Assembly: GCA_051362555.1 (NCBI GenBank)
Contig: CM120645.1
Span: 22,320,001 to 22,384,000, forward strand
Length of the DNA stretch: 64,000 nucleotides
Source: Lingula anatina
Taxonomy: Eukaryota; Animalia; Brachiopoda
Reading direction: 5' to 3'
The stretch's first letter is position 1, and the number at the start of each line of letters is the position of its first letter. Positions 63,090 through 64,000 of this stretch are shown here, piece by piece. The notes under the pieces are model-generated. The model searched no databases. It worked only from the letters and a program-made list of their open reading frames with translations, and was not told where the DNA came from. The position numbers were made by a program, and so were the translations under genes.

Positions 63090-64000
63090 CGGAAATGATT
63101 TGTCTTATAAATTTTCAAAAAGATGTCTCAAGACGAAGTTCGGAATTTTTGTTGAAATTCTGTCAGCGAATACTAGCTGAGTCCGACAAGTGAAGTGCTT
63201 TAGCAAAAGAGCAATATTAGATGACTGATTATAAAAGACTTTTCTGAGGTCACCCGGGTCAATTTTGAATGCCTATAAATCTCTCATCGTGGCCGTTTGT
63301 CCCATCATTCTACTTTGTTTTATACACATTTATTTGGATTACGTGCCTCAAAAGTTTAATGGTACGTGATCTGCATTTTAATTTATACAGTGAAGCATTT
63401 ATATTATATGTATTAAATGTTTTAACCTCAATGTCCTTCAAAGCACCCTACCCTAGAAAGGATTTGACGTCTCAATGTATAATAAAATGACCTGAAAGGA
63501 ATTCCATAACACAAAATTAGCCAGTTCTAATCTATTACGTGCTCTTATGTGCTTTTTTTCTAACTTTCCATAAATATACAGTTCCTTTACTATAAAAAGG
63601 TCTAAAGCTCGTTTTAACTGTAAACTGGGATTTACATTTGAAAAAAGTAAACTTGTCCATTTTTATCGATTCATTTAAGCTTTACTACGTGTAAAAATAA
63701 GGCGTAATGAAAATATGAAAAATACATCAACAGTATTTATTTTCACAAAAAAAGTAATTACACACTGTATCCTGAGCATGGGTGGTGTCACACTGTCCCG
63801 AAATAGACAGCACAGCAGATGGTCGTACGAGTATTTTGAATTATGCCCTTAGATGGCCCCGAACAGTCAACAATCAAAGCAATTACTGTCTTCTCTGAAA
63901 AGGTGCCCACGACTATTTGTTGGAAGTAATTCCAATATCTTTCAAATGTATGTGGTGTGTAACAGATGTAATGTTATGAACGGTAAACGCAGTGAATGAC

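Overview
AT-rich, intron-containing animal genomic DNA, probably an invertebrate bilaterian; the species cannot be fixed from the sequence alone. (1) 1.9-32 kb, + strand: the 5'-incomplete body of a Piccolo-type presynaptic active-zone gene (Zn-finger end, two exons of more than 2 kb, PDZ, C2A; at least 2,040 codons, splice phases consistent). It has several candidate alternative or micro-exons and an intronic IS3EU-like foldback element. (2) 33.5-37.9 kb, - strand: a 5-exon gene I reconstructed by hand. It encodes a 475-aa single-pass membrane protein with a chitin-binding (peritrophin-A/CBM14) domain, a mucin-like stalk, a TM helix and an acidic cytoplasmic tail with 16 tyrosines. This candidate chitin-sensing receptor/adaptor is the most novel item. 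(3) 42.5-63.1 kb, - strand: a birth-and-death tandem array of histamine-N-methyltransferase-like SAM methyltransferases (2 intact genes, 5 pseudogenes/fragments). A nest of transposons interrupts it: a Harbinger-like Myb/SANT element containing a very young CsRn1-type Ty3/Gypsy LTR element, and a Tc1-family element carrying a BEN-domain remnant.
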